Positions 48,965-61,751 of a stretch of DNA of 64,000 bases are shown piece after piece. Positions within the stretch are counted from its first letter, which is position 1. Each line of letters starts with the position of its first letter. The notes under the pieces are model-generated. The model made no database searches. It had not been told where the DNA came from and saw nothing but the letters and a program-made list of their open reading frames with translations. The position numbers and the translations under genes were made by a program. This DNA comes from Planctomycetota bacterium (GTDB taxonomy: Bacteria > Planctomycetota > GCA-002687715 > CAIWVZ01). The stretch is taken from NCBI GenBank assembly GCA_044222185.1, contig JBGANV010000002.1, forward strand, positions 160,001 to 224,000, read 5' to 3'.

Positions 48965-49319
48965 CGCCGGTTGGACCGCGCGGGACGCGCGGCGATCCGG
49001 CCAGCCCCCGCCGCGACGGCGGAGGGCTGGCGCTCCTTCGCTTCGCGGCGGCGTCGTGCGCATTCGGTGCGAGTCGGGCGAAGGCCGCGTCGGAGCGCCG
49101 GTCGACGCGTCGCGCGAGCGGCGGTGCGACCGGCAGGATCGGACGACCGAAGCGAAGCGGAGGCGTCCGGGCCCGCTGGCGTCGACACGCCGGGGCGCAT
49201 TTGAACATCATGCCGACGTCGGTGATCGGGTACGGGATCCCGATCCACGCCGGTTGGACCGCGCGGGACGCGCGGCGATCCGGCCAGCCCCCGCCGCGAC
49301 GGCGGAGGGCTGGCGCTCC
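48965..49319. repeat. Same non-coding repeat family as 31125-31598, reverse orientation, 283-bp period
   Basis: Identical 72-bp cores at 48965-49036 and 49248-49319; reverse complement aligns with 31125-31480 across the unit. Confidence 0.88.
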
Positions 49320-49320
49320 G

Positions 49321-49482
49321 TCACTTCGGATAAAAGGCGAAGGCCGCGATCGCCAGGCACGCGACAGCGGTGAGGCTGATCACGAACCAGGTGAACTTCG
49401 AAACACCCTCGCGGCCGTAGTAGTGCTCGTAATGAGGGTGATGCACTGAGGACGATCGAACCGGCTGGGTTGGTTGCGTCAT
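49321..49482 (-). CDS. Small single-TM protein (53 aa)
   Basis: AGGAGG RBS; MTQPTQ..HHPHYEHYY..FTWFVISLTAVACLAIAAFAFYPK. Confidence 0.65.
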   Translation of the reverse strand: MTQPTQPVRSSSVHHPHYEHYYGREGVSKFTWFVISLTAVACLAIAAFAFYPK

Positions 49483-49721
49483 CTCTCTCTCCTCCTGCGT
49501 CGGTGAATGAGTGATGTGACGAGAGCGAGGAGCTCTCACCGCATCGGCGTCATCCGTGCCGACGCGATACGGCGAACGGTGCGATTATCGCCGCAGATCT
49601 AACGGCTGTGCGACGACTTTCTTCCCAGTGAATTCCAGCGAATTCGTCGCAGCCTCAGTGCGCGGCGCTTCAACTCGAAGCGGCACAACGGAGTTGAGTG
49701 CAGCGCAAGTGAGTCCAACGC

Positions 49722-51008
49722 TCACAGAAGACCGCGAGCGCGCGCGGCCTCCTGCAGCGACGTGCGAAACGCCGGATCTGCAATGGCGATCAGGTCCTGC
49801 GCGCGTTCACGCAGGCTGCGACCGTGAAGCTGAGCGACCCCCCATTCGGTGACGACGTAGCGCACATCACCCCGCGAAGTCACCACTCCGGCGCCCGGTT
49901 TCAGCCGCGGAACGATGCGTGAGACGGTGGTTCCCCCGCGGGGAGTCGCCGTCGACGGCAGCGCGATGATGGGCTTGCCTCCGCGGCTTCTTGCGGCACC
50001 GCGAATGAAATCCACCTGCCCGCCGATGCCGCTGTACAACCGCTCGCCGATGGAGTCGGCGCAAACCTGGCCCGTGAGATCCACTTCGATCGCCGCGTTG
50101 ATCGCCACCATGTCGTCGTTGCGCGCGATCACGAAGGGATCGTTCACGTACTCGATCGGGTGGAACTCCACGTCCGCGTTGCGATCGACGAACGCATACA
50201 GCTCGGGCGAGCCGACGGCGAACGTGACGATGATCTTGCCGCGGTGAAGCGTCTTGCGCGCACCGGTGACGACGCCGCGCTTCACCAGCGGGATCAGGCC
50301 GTCGCTGAACATCTCCGTGTGGATGCCGAGATCGCGATGATGGCCCAAGTTCGCGAGCACCGCGTTGGGAATCTCGCCGATGCCCATCTGCAGCGTGGCG
50401 CCATCCTCGATCAACCCCGCGATGTGGCGACCGATGCGATCGAACACGTCGCTCGAATCGCGTCGCTCGAGTGACGGCAACGACGTGTCGACGGGAACGA
50501 GTGCCGCGAAGCGATCGACGGGCACGGAGTTGGGCCCCGCCGTCCGCGGCATGCGCGGGTTCACTTCCGCGATCACCGTCCGCGCGCACTCGACCGCCGC
50601 GAAGTTGAAGTCGACGGCGACGCCGAGGCTGCACTGGCCCGCGTCATCCGGCGGCGACACCTGCACGATCGCCACGTCGAGCGGCATGCCGCCACCCCGA
50701 AACAGCTCGGGGATCTGCGAGAGGAAGATGGGCACGAACTCCACCCGTCCTTCGGCGACGGCCTCGCGCATGTTGGCGCCGATGAAGAACGTCTTCGTGC
50801 GGAAGCGGCCCGCGTGCTTGCGATCGACGTGAGGCGCAACGCCGAACGTGAGGCCGTGGACGAACTCCAGGTCGCGAAGCTCGTGCACGCGGTCCATCAG
50901 CGCCTGCATGACGGTGACGGGCTGCCCCGCATTCGACCCGACGTAGATGCGATCGCCTGCGCGAACGAGGCCGGCGGCTTCAGCGGGAGTGAGGGTCGGT
51001 GGCGCCAC
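49722..51008 (-). CDS. Acetyl-CoA hydrolase / 4-hydroxybutyrate CoA-transferase family
   Basis: TLQMGIGEIP; LGIHTEMFSDG; SGIGGQVDFIRGA; YVVTEWG. Confidence 0.92.
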   Translation of the reverse strand: MAPPTLTPAEAAGLVRAGDRIYVGSNAGQPVTVMQALMDRVHELRDLEFVHGLTFGVAPHVDRKHAGRFRTKTFFIGANMREAVAEGRVEFVPIFLSQIPELFRGGGMPLDVAIVQVSPPDDAGQCSLGVAVDFNFAAVECARTVIAEVNPRMPRTAGPNSVPVDRFAALVPVDTSLPSLERRDSSDVFDRIGRHIAGLIEDGATLQMGIGEIPNAVLANLGHHRDLGIHTEMFSDGLIPLVKRGVVTGARKTLHRGKIIVTFAVGSPELYAFVDRNADVEFHPIEYVNDPFVIARNDDMVAINAAIEVDLTGQVCADSIGERLYSGIGGQVDFIRGAARSRGGKPIIALPSTATPRGGTTVSRIVPRLKPGAGVVTSRGDVRYVVTEWGVAQLHGRSLRERAQDLIAIADPAFRTSLQEAARARGLL

Positions 51009-51065
51009 GAGAACGATGCGGTGCGACGCGTGCAGCCGCCGTCGACGGCCGCACCGTCGTCGCGT

Positions 51066-51495
51066 TCACTTCAACCGGTCGGAGACGAGCTTGGCGACGA
51101 GCTTGCCGTCGGCCTTGCCCTGGATCTTGGGCATGAGCGCGCTCATGACCTTCCCCTGCTCCTTCTTCAGCGACGCGCCAACCTCCTTGATGGTCGCGTC
51201 GATGATCGCCGCGAGCTCGGCCTCCCCGAGTTGCTCCGGCAGGAACTTCTGGAGCACTTGCAGCTCGCCATTCTCCGAGTCGACGACGTCCTGGCGGCCC
51301 TGCGCCTGCGCGGCCTCGATGGCTTCGCGGCGCTTCTTGATGTTGCGCTGGAGGATCTGCATCAGCTCGGGGTCCGTCGCCGTCTTGCGCTCGTCGACCT
51401 CGAGCTTGCGGATGTCCGAGTTCAAGAGCCGGAGCGTCCGGACCGAGACCTCGTCCCGAGCCTTCATCGCCGTCTTGTAGGCTTCGTTGATCGCA

Positions 51496-51512
<17 letters not shown>
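51066..51512 (-). CDS. GatB/YqeY domain protein
   Basis: KTAMKARD; KKRREAIE; FLPEQL; GKVMSALMPKIQGKADGK; AGGAGG RBS. Confidence 0.92.
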
Positions 51513-54105
<2,593 letters not shown>

Positions 54106-54422
54106 GGGCCTCTTCTGCTCTCATCCCGACCAGGGCGGACGTGGCCGCATCACCGGTCTCTCCATGACGGTCCCGAAACAGGCGCCGCGGCGCTCGTGGC
54201 CGCGGCGTTGGGCCCCACTCGGGGCGACTTGGTTCGGGCCGCAAATGGTATGTGAAATCGGGCCCATCCAAACGGTTCAGATGAGGTCTCGTACACGACT
54301 TTTTTCCGGGTGACGCCGGCCTTGCGCGCCGCTCCCGCGCCGATCCGCGGTTGTTAGCATCGCGCGCACTTCCAACTGCGGAAGTCCAACGCACACCACC
54401 ATCGGTTCAGGAGTCTTGGGAT

Positions 54423-56468
54423 ATGTCAGATCGGGTTGGAGGACCTTCCGGTCCCGGCGGCGCGCCCACCGGACCGCGCCGGGGCTTGTTCGCACGCAAC
54501 CCGTTCCTGGTGATGCTCCTGGCCGTGGTGATGGTGCTGGTCGTCAGCAACGTCCTGAACAACACCAGCGAAGTCCTGCTGGATTACAGCGAGTTCCAGC
54601 GCCACGTGGAGGCCATGCCCGAGCGCGGGAAAACCGAGGTCGCGGGCCCCGAGTCCAGGGCCGCCTCGCTACCAGCCGCCAGCCGCCTTCCGTTCAAGGC
54701 CGACCCGCCGTTGACGATCACCCCCACCACCATCACGGGGAAGATCCGACTCTCCGAGCATGCCAAGGCCAAGCGCAACCGCGTCATCCCGATCACGTCC
54801 GACCTCGTGAACGACTTCCGGGTCGAAAAGGGCAACGTCAAGGACGAGGAACTGGTCAAGCTCCTCACGGCCCGGGACATCCCGTTCCGCTTCGAACGCC
54901 CGAATGACTGGGGCACCTACCTGGTCTTCGGCCTCCCGATCCTCATCTTCCTGGCGTTCTTCATGATGATGTTCCGCTCCTCCCGGATGACCGGCGAGAA
55001 CGTCCTCTCGTTCGGCCGTTCGCGCGCGAAGATCGTCGGCGAGGACAAGACGGGGGTCACCTTCGACGACGTGGCCGGAGCCGATGAAGCCAAGGAAGAG
55101 CTCTGCGAGATCGTCGACTTCCTGAAGGAGCCGGATCGGTTCACGTCGCTCGGAGGCAAGATCCCCCGCGGCGTACTCCTCGTGGGCGCACCGGGTTGTG
55201 GCAAGACGCTGCTCGCGCGAGCCGTCGCCGGTGAGGCAGGAGTTCCGTTTTTCTCGATCTCGGGCTCGGACTTCGTGGAGATGTTCGTGGGCGTGGGCGC
55301 CGCCCGTGTCCGCGACCTGTTCAACACGGCCAAGCAGAAGGCTCCGTGCATCATCTTCGTCGACGAGATCGACGCCGTGGGCCGCCATCGTGGCGCGGGA
55401 CTCGGGGGCGGGCATGACGAACGCGAGCAGACGCTGAACCAGCTCCTCGTCGAGATGGACGGCTTCGACCCGCGAAAGGGCGTCATCATCCTGGCCGCCA
55501 CGAACCGGCCCGACATCCTCGACCCGGCCCTCCTGCGCCCCGGTCGATTCGACCGCCACGTGGTCCTCGACAGCGCCGACGTCCGCGGCCGTGAAGCGAT
55601 CCTGAAGATCCACGCCCGGAACAAGCCGCTGGCACCCGACGTGGATCTGGCCGACGTCGCGAAGCGCACGCCGGGATTCACGGGAGCCGACCTCGCCAAC
55701 GTCATGAACGAGGCGGCCCTCCTCGCCGCGCGTCGTCGCCGCACCAACATCTCGCGCCGTGAGGTGGAGGAGGCCGTCGAGCGGGTCGTCGCCGGCCCCG
55801 AGCGTCGCAGCAAGGTCATCGGACCCCGCGAGAAGCGCATCCTCGCGTTCCACGAACTGGGGCACGCGCTCGTGGCCCGGTTCACGCCGGATGCGGATCC
55901 CGTCGCCAAGGTCAGCATCATCCCACGCGGCAAGGGCGCGCTCGGCTACACCCTCACCCTGCCGACCGAAGACCGCTACATCATCACGAAGGAGCAGCTC
56001 CTCGCCCGCATCCGCGTGACGCTGGGCGGACGCACGGCGGAGGAACTGGTGTTCAGTCACCAATCCACGGGCGCGGAGGACGACCTCCAGAAGGTGACGC
56101 AGCTCGCGCGCGCGCTCGTCTGCCGCTTCGGCATGACGGAGGCGCTCGGTCCGATCACCTACGACCGCTCGCCTGAGAGCCCGTTCCTCGGACGCGAATC
56201 CGGGCAGCGCGAATCGGTGTCCGAGCGCACGGCCGACCTCATCGACGTGGAGGTCCGGCGCATCGTCGACGAGTGCCACCAGGAAGCTCGCAGGATCCTG
56301 GAGAGAAACCGGGACGTCCTCGACTCGCTCGCAGCCAAGCTCATCGAGATCGAAGTGCTGTCGGCCGAGGATTTCGAGAACGCGATCCGCGATTCCCAGG
56401 CCCGCCGGGACGGCGCGGCGACCACCACGGCCGCGAGCGAGATCCCGCCGGCGACGCCCGCGAGCTGA
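54423..56468 (+). CDS. ftsH: ATP-dependent zinc metalloprotease FtsH
   Basis: Two TM helices; GAPGCGKT; FVDEID; [10 protein letters not shown]; HELGH. Confidence 0.96.
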   Translation: MSDRVGGPSGPGGAPTGPRRGLFARNPFLVMLLAVVMVLVVSNVLNNTSEVLLDYSEFQRHVEAMPERGKTEVAGPESRAASLPAASRLPFKADPPLTITPTTITGKIRLSEHAKAKRNRVIPITSDLVNDFRVEKGNVKDEELVKLLTARDIPFRFERPNDWGTYLVFGLPILIFLAFFMMMFRSSRMTGENVLSFGRSRAKIVGEDKTGVTFDDVAGADEAKEELCEIVDFLKEPDRFTSLGGKIPRGVLLVGAPGCGKTLLARAVAGEAGVPFFSISGSDFVEMFVGVGAARVRDLFNTAKQKAPCIIFVDEIDAVGRHRGAGLGGGHDEREQTLNQLLVEMDGFDPRKGVIILAATNRPDILDPALLRPGRFDRHVVLDSADVRGREAILKIHARNKPLAPDVDLADVAKRTPGFTGADLANVMNEAALLAARRRRTNISRREVEEAVERVVAGPERRSKVIGPREKRILAFHELGHALVARFTPDADPVAKVSIIPRGKGALGYTLTLPTEDRYIITKEQLLARIRVTLGGRTAEELVFSHQSTGAEDDLQKVTQLARALVCRFGMTEALGPITYDRSPESPFLGRESGQRESVSERTADLIDVEVRRIVDECHQEARRILERNRDVLDSLAAKLIEIEVLSAEDFENAIRDSQARRDGAATTTAASEIPPATPAS

Positions 56469-56543
56469 CCTGAGCGGAAACGCCGCGCGGCCATCGACGT
56501 TCGAGGCCGCACGCCGGCCGTGCGATCGGAGGCGAGGGCCGTG

Positions 56544-56897
56544 ATGAAGCGTTTTTCCGCGGAGGTCTACCAGGGGCACACGACGGACTGCGGTGCGATC
56601 GTTCCCTTCGATCCGTCGCGCGAATGGAAGACGGCCGAGCTGCTTCCGATCGGGTATCGCAAGCACGTCGGATATGCCGTCAAAGGCAGCCTGGACGGGA
56701 AGCCGTTCGAAAGCTGGGTCTTCCACTACTTCCACCAGTGGCGACTGATCGTGCCGGCGTCGGCCCTGCGGGCGGCCGGAGTGGGAGCGGGCGACAGGGG
56801 CCGCTTCGTCCTCGGGCCCCATCCCGAGCCCGACGCCGTCAGGAAGTTCACACCAGGCCCAAAGCGACCGAAGACACGCGCCGCGCGACCACGATGA
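56544..56897 (+). CDS. DUF1905-like protein
   Basis: IVPFDP..VKGSLDGKPFES..LRAAGVGAGD pattern. Confidence 0.65.
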   Translation: MKRFSAEVYQGHTTDCGAIVPFDPSREWKTAELLPIGYRKHVGYAVKGSLDGKPFESWVFHYFHQWRLIVPASALRAAGVGAGDRGRFVLGPHPEPDAVRKFTPGPKRPKTRAARPR

Positions 56898-57034
56898 TCG
56901 CCTCGATCCGCGACGGCGCCGCTCGGGACGGCACCGCATCCGGGTGCCAGACCGACGTGTGTCGCGCACCAATCCGGGCGGAAACTCCGTTCCCCTCGTT
57001 CCACGTCCATGGTGTACGGTGACGGGAACGCCTC

Positions 57035-59971
57035 ATGGGAAGTCGTCGTGACCACCGCCTCCTCGTCGTCCTCTGGCTATGCCTGTTCGGGACGATCGCG
57101 CCCGCGCAGCAACCGCCGTCGAGTCGGCGCACGGCGGATTCGCGGCCGTCGGTGACGGCGCTCGCGGAGGCCGTCGCCGCGGCCGACCGGGACCACGGTC
57201 CGACGAGTTCGAAGGCCGCGTCGGCACGGCGAGCCCTCGCCGACGGTCTGCACCGCGCCAGGCGCGTCAAAGAGGCCATCGCGATGTTGCGCGAGTCGCT
57301 CGCGATCCTCCGCGCACAACCGAGCCCGGACCCCGCGCACCTCGCGCTCACGCAAGGCTCGCTTGCCGCCGTGCTCTACTCGCAGAACGACGTGGACGAG
57401 GCCCTCGCCCTCGCCCGGGATGCAGTGGCCAACGCTCTCGTCGCCTTCGGCGATTCCCACGCGACGACGTGCCGCATGATGTTCATCCAGGCCGCGATCG
57501 AACTCCGCTGCGGCCTTTCCGAGGCAGCCCTCGTCACGACGCGCCGCCTGCTCGCGATCCAGCGTGACGCGTCGACGGCGGACGCCGCCACGATCCATCA
57601 GACCCTCGCCGGGCTCTGCGACGTCTACATCGCGTTGAACCGCTACTCCGAAGCCCGCGCGGCGCTGGAGGAAGCCGAAGCCCTCGCGCGGACGAGCCCC
57701 GCGGTTCCGACGCTGTCGCGCGCGAACGTGGCGGCCTCGCTCTCGTTCATCGAGACCCGGCTCGGTCGCATGGCGGAAGCTCGACGGCATGCGGAGCGCC
57801 AGCTCGCGCTGCTCGATTCCGCCGGCAACGTTCCGCGCCGTGAGCGCCTGGTCGCACTCGCGAACGTCGCCGCGATGTGTCTGACGTGCGACGATCGCGA
57901 CGCCGCCCGCGACTCGCTGCGGCGCGGGGCCGAGTTGGCGGCCACGATGCCGGCCGACGAGCTGGATTCGCAGCTACTGCTCACGCTCGCCACGCTCGCC
58001 CGGCGGATCGAGAACCGGACTGAGGCAAGGGAGTTCGCGTCGAAAGTGGAAGCACGGGAGTCGGCTCGCGACGAACCGGACGTCGCGGCGCTGGCGCGCG
58101 CGCTCGAGGTCCTCGGACTCTGCTTCATGGACGAGGGCCGACCGGACGAGGCCGTTCCTCGCCTGGAGCGTGCCGTCGCCGAATGTCGTCGCAGCCTCGG
58201 CATGGCGCACCGCGTGACCGCCGCGATCCTCAACACGCTGGGAACCGCGCACCTCGCCAACGGTGCGACCGCGAATGGGGAACGCGTGCTCCGAGCGTCG
58301 CTCGGCGCGGCGCGCGACGCACTCGCCGAGATGACGTGCTCGCTCTCCGAATCCGAGCGACTGGCGCTCATCGGCCGCTCTCGGCGGGTTCTGGATCAGT
58401 GGCTATCCGTCGCATTGGCCTCCGACGTCGATCCGAGACTCGTCGCGGACGAAGTCGTGGCCTGGAAGGGTCAGGTCCTCCGCGGGCTTCTCGTCGAGCG
58501 AAGCTGGATTCGAGCACATGCAGGCGCGGACGTGCCTGCGCTCCAGGCGCGGCTCGCGCGCGTGATCGACGATCTTGCACCCGAATCGTTGCTGGCGACC
58601 GCGTCGGGGCGGCCCTCGGTATCTCCAGGCGTACTCGTGGCGGAGCGCGAGCGTCTCGAGCGTGAGTTGCTGGCGCGAAGCCCCTCCGGGATCCCAGGGA
58701 AGACCTCCGCGGTTGCAGTCTCTGACGGGCTTCGCGACGACGAAGCGATCCTCGATTTCCTCGCGTACGGCCGCGGCGTGGTCGCGCGCGGCGACACGCA
58801 GATCACGCCGTGTCTTCTGGCCGTCGTCCTGCGACACGGCCGCCCACCGAGAGTCGCGGACCTGGGCCCGGTGGCCCCGGTGCGCGCCGCCGTCGACGCG
58901 CACATCCAGATCGCGTCCCGCTCGACCGTCCCCGATCCCTCCGCCGAGCCTCTCTCCGTCGCAACCGCGGCCGCAGCGCGCCGCGCCCTGCTCGAGCCGG
59001 TGGCGTCGGATCTCGCCGGCGTGCGGCACCTCTTCATCGTCCCCGATTCATTTCTTTGCGGCCTTCCATTCGAGACGCTGCCCGGGTCGGAGCCGACTCG
59101 CTACCTGCTCGAAGAGCTGGATGTGACCTATCTCGCGTTCGCCGGCGCTCACGAGAGGTCACCCGGTGGGGGCCCCGCATCGCGCCCTCGTTCGCGACGC
59201 ACTCTGCTTCTGGGCGACGTCGCGTTCGGTGATCCCGACCCCGCCGAGTCGCGCCCGTCGGAGTTCCGTACCCTCGCCGGATTCCCGCTGGATCCACTCC
59301 CGGCGACCGCCGCCGAGATCGAGGCCATCGCCGCCATCCTGGAGCGCGGCGGGGTTTCGTCGCAGGACGTCGTTCGACTCACGGCGGCGAATGCGACCGA
59401 GGCAGCCGTGAAACGGCTGGCGAGCGGGGCCCGGATCCTGCACCTGGCGACGCACGGACTGTTCGCACCGGACTTGGACCCCTCGCGTCACGCCGACGGA
59501 TCCATGGGATCCGCTACGACGACCGCCGTCGAGTCGCAACGCCCCTTCGTCCGCTCGGCGCTCGCCTGCGCGGGGGCCAACCGCCGAGGTCCGCCAGGCA
59601 CCGATGACGGGCTCCTGACGGCGGCCGAGGCGACCTGGCTCGACCTCGGGACCTGCGAACTCGTGACGCTGTCGTGTTGCGAATCCGGTCTGGGCACCGC
59701 GCGGAGCGGCGAGAACCTGCTGGGGATGCGCCGCGCGCTCGCGCTCGCTGGTGCCCGGTGCGTCGTCTCCAGTCTTTGGCGCGTCACCGACCGTTCCGCG
59801 AGCGACGTGATGACTCGCTTCTATGAACGCCTGATCCTCGGAGGCGAGCCCAAGTCGACGGCGCTCCGAGGGGCGCGGCTCGACGTGCTCCGCGAGTGCC
59901 GGGCACGGTCGCGAGGCCAGGGGCTGCCCGGCGTCTGGGGTGCCTTCATCCTGGATGGAGATTGGCAATGA
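57035..59971 (+). CDS. TPR-repeat CHAT (caspase-like) protease
   Basis: Signal-like N-terminus; TPR array; FIVPD..LPFETL; LHLATHG (His); LVTLSCCESG (Cys); SLWRV; WGAF. Confidence 0.9.
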   Translation: MGSRRDHRLLVVLWLCLFGTIAPAQQPPSSRRTADSRPSVTALAEAVAAADRDHGPTSSKAASARRALADGLHRARRVKEAIAMLRESLAILRAQPSPDPAHLALTQGSLAAVLYSQNDVDEALALARDAVANALVAFGDSHATTCRMMFIQAAIELRCGLSEAALVTTRRLLAIQRDASTADAATIHQTLAGLCDVYIALNRYSEARAALEEAEALARTSPAVPTLSRANVAASLSFIETRLGRMAEARRHAERQLALLDSAGNVPRRERLVALANVAAMCLTCDDRDAARDSLRRGAELAATMPADELDSQLLLTLATLARRIENRTEAREFASKVEARESARDEPDVAALARALEVLGLCFMDEGRPDEAVPRLERAVAECRRSLGMAHRVTAAILNTLGTAHLANGATANGERVLRASLGAARDALAEMTCSLSESERLALIGRSRRVLDQWLSVALASDVDPRLVADEVVAWKGQVLRGLLVERSWIRAHAGADVPALQARLARVIDDLAPESLLATASGRPSVSPGVLVAERERLERELLARSPSGIPGKTSAVAVSDGLRDDEAILDFLAYGRGVVARGDTQITPCLLAVVLRHGRPPRVADLGPVAPVRAAVDAHIQIASRSTVPDPSAEPLSVATAAAARRALLEPVASDLAGVRHLFIVPDSFLCGLPFETLPGSEPTRYLLEELDVTYLAFAGAHERSPGGGPASRPRSRRTLLLGDVAFGDPDPAESRPSEFRTLAGFPLDPLPATAAEIEAIAAILERGGVSSQDVVRLTAANATEAAVKRLASGARILHLATHGLFAPDLDPSRHADGSMGSATTTAVESQRPFVRSALACAGANRRGPPGTDDGLLTAAEATWLDLGTCELVTLSCCESGLGTARSGENLLGMRRALALAGARCVVSSLWRVTDRSASDVMTRFYERLILGGEPKSTALRGARLDVLRECRARSRGQGLPGVWGAFILDGDWQ

Positions 59972-60146
59972 GGCCTCGCCGCACCGCTTTGCGAGCGACT
60001 TCCGATCAGGACGTAAAACCGGAGCCATCCCATGCTCTCAGCATGTCGACGGGACGATTTTCGTCCCCCCGGAGATCGACGTGCCGACTGCATGCGAATC
60101 GCGGCGGAGATTGGGCCGGTCCCCGATCCGACGCGGAATCGAATCG

Positions 60147-60716
60147 ATGACGGAAACGCCGGCCAGCCGCGACCTCGCGCTGCTCGTGCGCTGGCGAGAC
60201 GGCGACCGCGACGCGGGCACCGCACTCCTCTCGCATTACAAACGCACGTTCCACCGCCTGTGCCTGCGTCTCGGCGTAACCGACGAGGACAGCATCGTCG
60301 ACGTCTTCCAGGACGTCGTCCTCGTCGCGTTGCGTGAGCTCCCCACCTTGCCGGAGCGCATCAGCCGGAGCTTCGCGGGCTGGTTCCTCTGGCAGGTTCG
60401 CGACGCCGTGGGACGGCGGCGACGACGACGGTTCCGCCCGCTCGACGCGGATCCGCTCGCGCAGGATCCCTTGCCTTCCGAGCGAGCCGCCTTGTGGGAA
60501 GGCATTCAGCGCTGCTGGAACAAGCTGCCCTCGGCCGAGCACCGCGTCTTCGAGCTGCGCTTCCTCGGAGGGATGACGCTCGCGGAGGTCGCGACGGAGA
60601 CGGGCACGAACGTGAATGCCGTCGGGCAGGCGATCTTTCGGCTGAGTCGCAAGCTGCGCACATGTCTCGCGAAGTCCGGGTTCGGATCCACGGATGGAGA
60701 AGGAGACATCCCGTGA
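60147..60716 (+). CDS. ECF RNA polymerase sigma factor
   Basis: DLALLVRWRDGD; DVFQDV; SFAGWF; LPSAEHRVFELRFLGGMTLAEVA. Confidence 0.85.
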   Translation: MTETPASRDLALLVRWRDGDRDAGTALLSHYKRTFHRLCLRLGVTDEDSIVDVFQDVVLVALRELPTLPERISRSFAGWFLWQVRDAVGRRRRRRFRPLDADPLAQDPLPSERAALWEGIQRCWNKLPSAEHRVFELRFLGGMTLAEVATETGTNVNAVGQAIFRLSRKLRTCLAKSGFGSTDGEGDIP

Positions 60717-61513
60717 CACACGCCGTCGAAATCGAGGACCTGGCGCGATTCGCAGAGGGCACGCTGCACGTGTCCGAGCGGGAACGCGTCCGCAGCCACG
60801 TCGACGGCTGCATCGAATGTCGAAGCCAGCTCGCGGACCTGCGCGCCATCGACAGGATGGTCGGGCCGGCGGATCCCGGTGCGATGGGACGGATCCCAGA
60901 TGCGGACATCTCCGCACCGCTGGAAAGACGGCTGGATGCCATCCTGCGGCGGGTGATCGGCGGCGAGGTGGATACGCGCCCGGGACGACCGTGGTGGGCG
61001 CGCCCGCGTTGGATCACGGGCTTCCTTGCCGTTGCCGCGTCGATCGTCCTCACGGTGATGCTGCGACACGACGCCGCGCTTCCGCCCGAATTGCAGGGCC
61101 GGGTCGTGCTGACGTCGCAAAGCGAAACCGTCCGGAGTGGCCGCCAGCCCTCGTTCCATCTCGAACTCACGCTGGGCAGAACCGGTTTCGTCGCGGTCTT
61201 CCAGGCGTCACCGCAAGGCCTTCGGCTGATCTTCCCGAGCCCGAACCCCGTCCTCGGGACGTTCGGGATCACGGACCGGATCGCGAAGGGCACGCCGGTC
61301 CGCATTCCGCCCAGCGCGGTCGCCGACTACCCCGCGGCACAGCTCTCGCCCGGCAGCCGGCTCTTCGCGGCGATGCTCACGCAACTCCCGACGACGGCTG
61401 CCATGCAGGCCGTCGTCGACGAGATCAACCGCGAAGGTCACCCGGACGTGCCCGCGCTCCAGCAGGCGCTCTCCGCGCGGCTCGGGCCCGTCACGATTCT
61501 CGACGCCCCGTAA
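60713..61513 (+). CDS. zf-HC2 (ZAS) anti-sigma factor with TM and DUF4384-like C-terminal domain
   Basis: HVDGCIEC; LAVAASIVL; GFVAVF..LRLIFP..VRIP; GTGA overlap with the sigma gene. Confidence 0.8.
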   Translation: MTHAVEIEDLARFAEGTLHVSERERVRSHVDGCIECRSQLADLRAIDRMVGPADPGAMGRIPDADISAPLERRLDAILRRVIGGEVDTRPGRPWWARPRWITGFLAVAASIVLTVMLRHDAALPPELQGRVVLTSQSETVRSGRQPSFHLELTLGRTGFVAVFQASPQGLRLIFPSPNPVLGTFGITDRIAKGTPVRIPPSAVADYPAAQLSPGSRLFAAMLTQLPTTAAMQAVVDEINREGHPDVPALQQALSARLGPVTILDAP

Positions 61514-61751
61514 AACCACGACTCACTGGATCTCTACACGACGACGGGGTCGTCGAGCGTGAAATCCGACGTTCCGGCGCTGGCGTTCGCCGCCAGACGC
61601 CCCGACCGTCGCGGAATCCATGGCGACGGACCGATGCGCAGGCTCCGCGCCGCGTTCGGCGAGCTCGTGCTCACCGGTGTAAGGCTCAGGGCGCTTCCGG
61701 CTGATCAGTCAGCGACATCCACTCCAGCAACCCACACAGGCGCGATTCACC

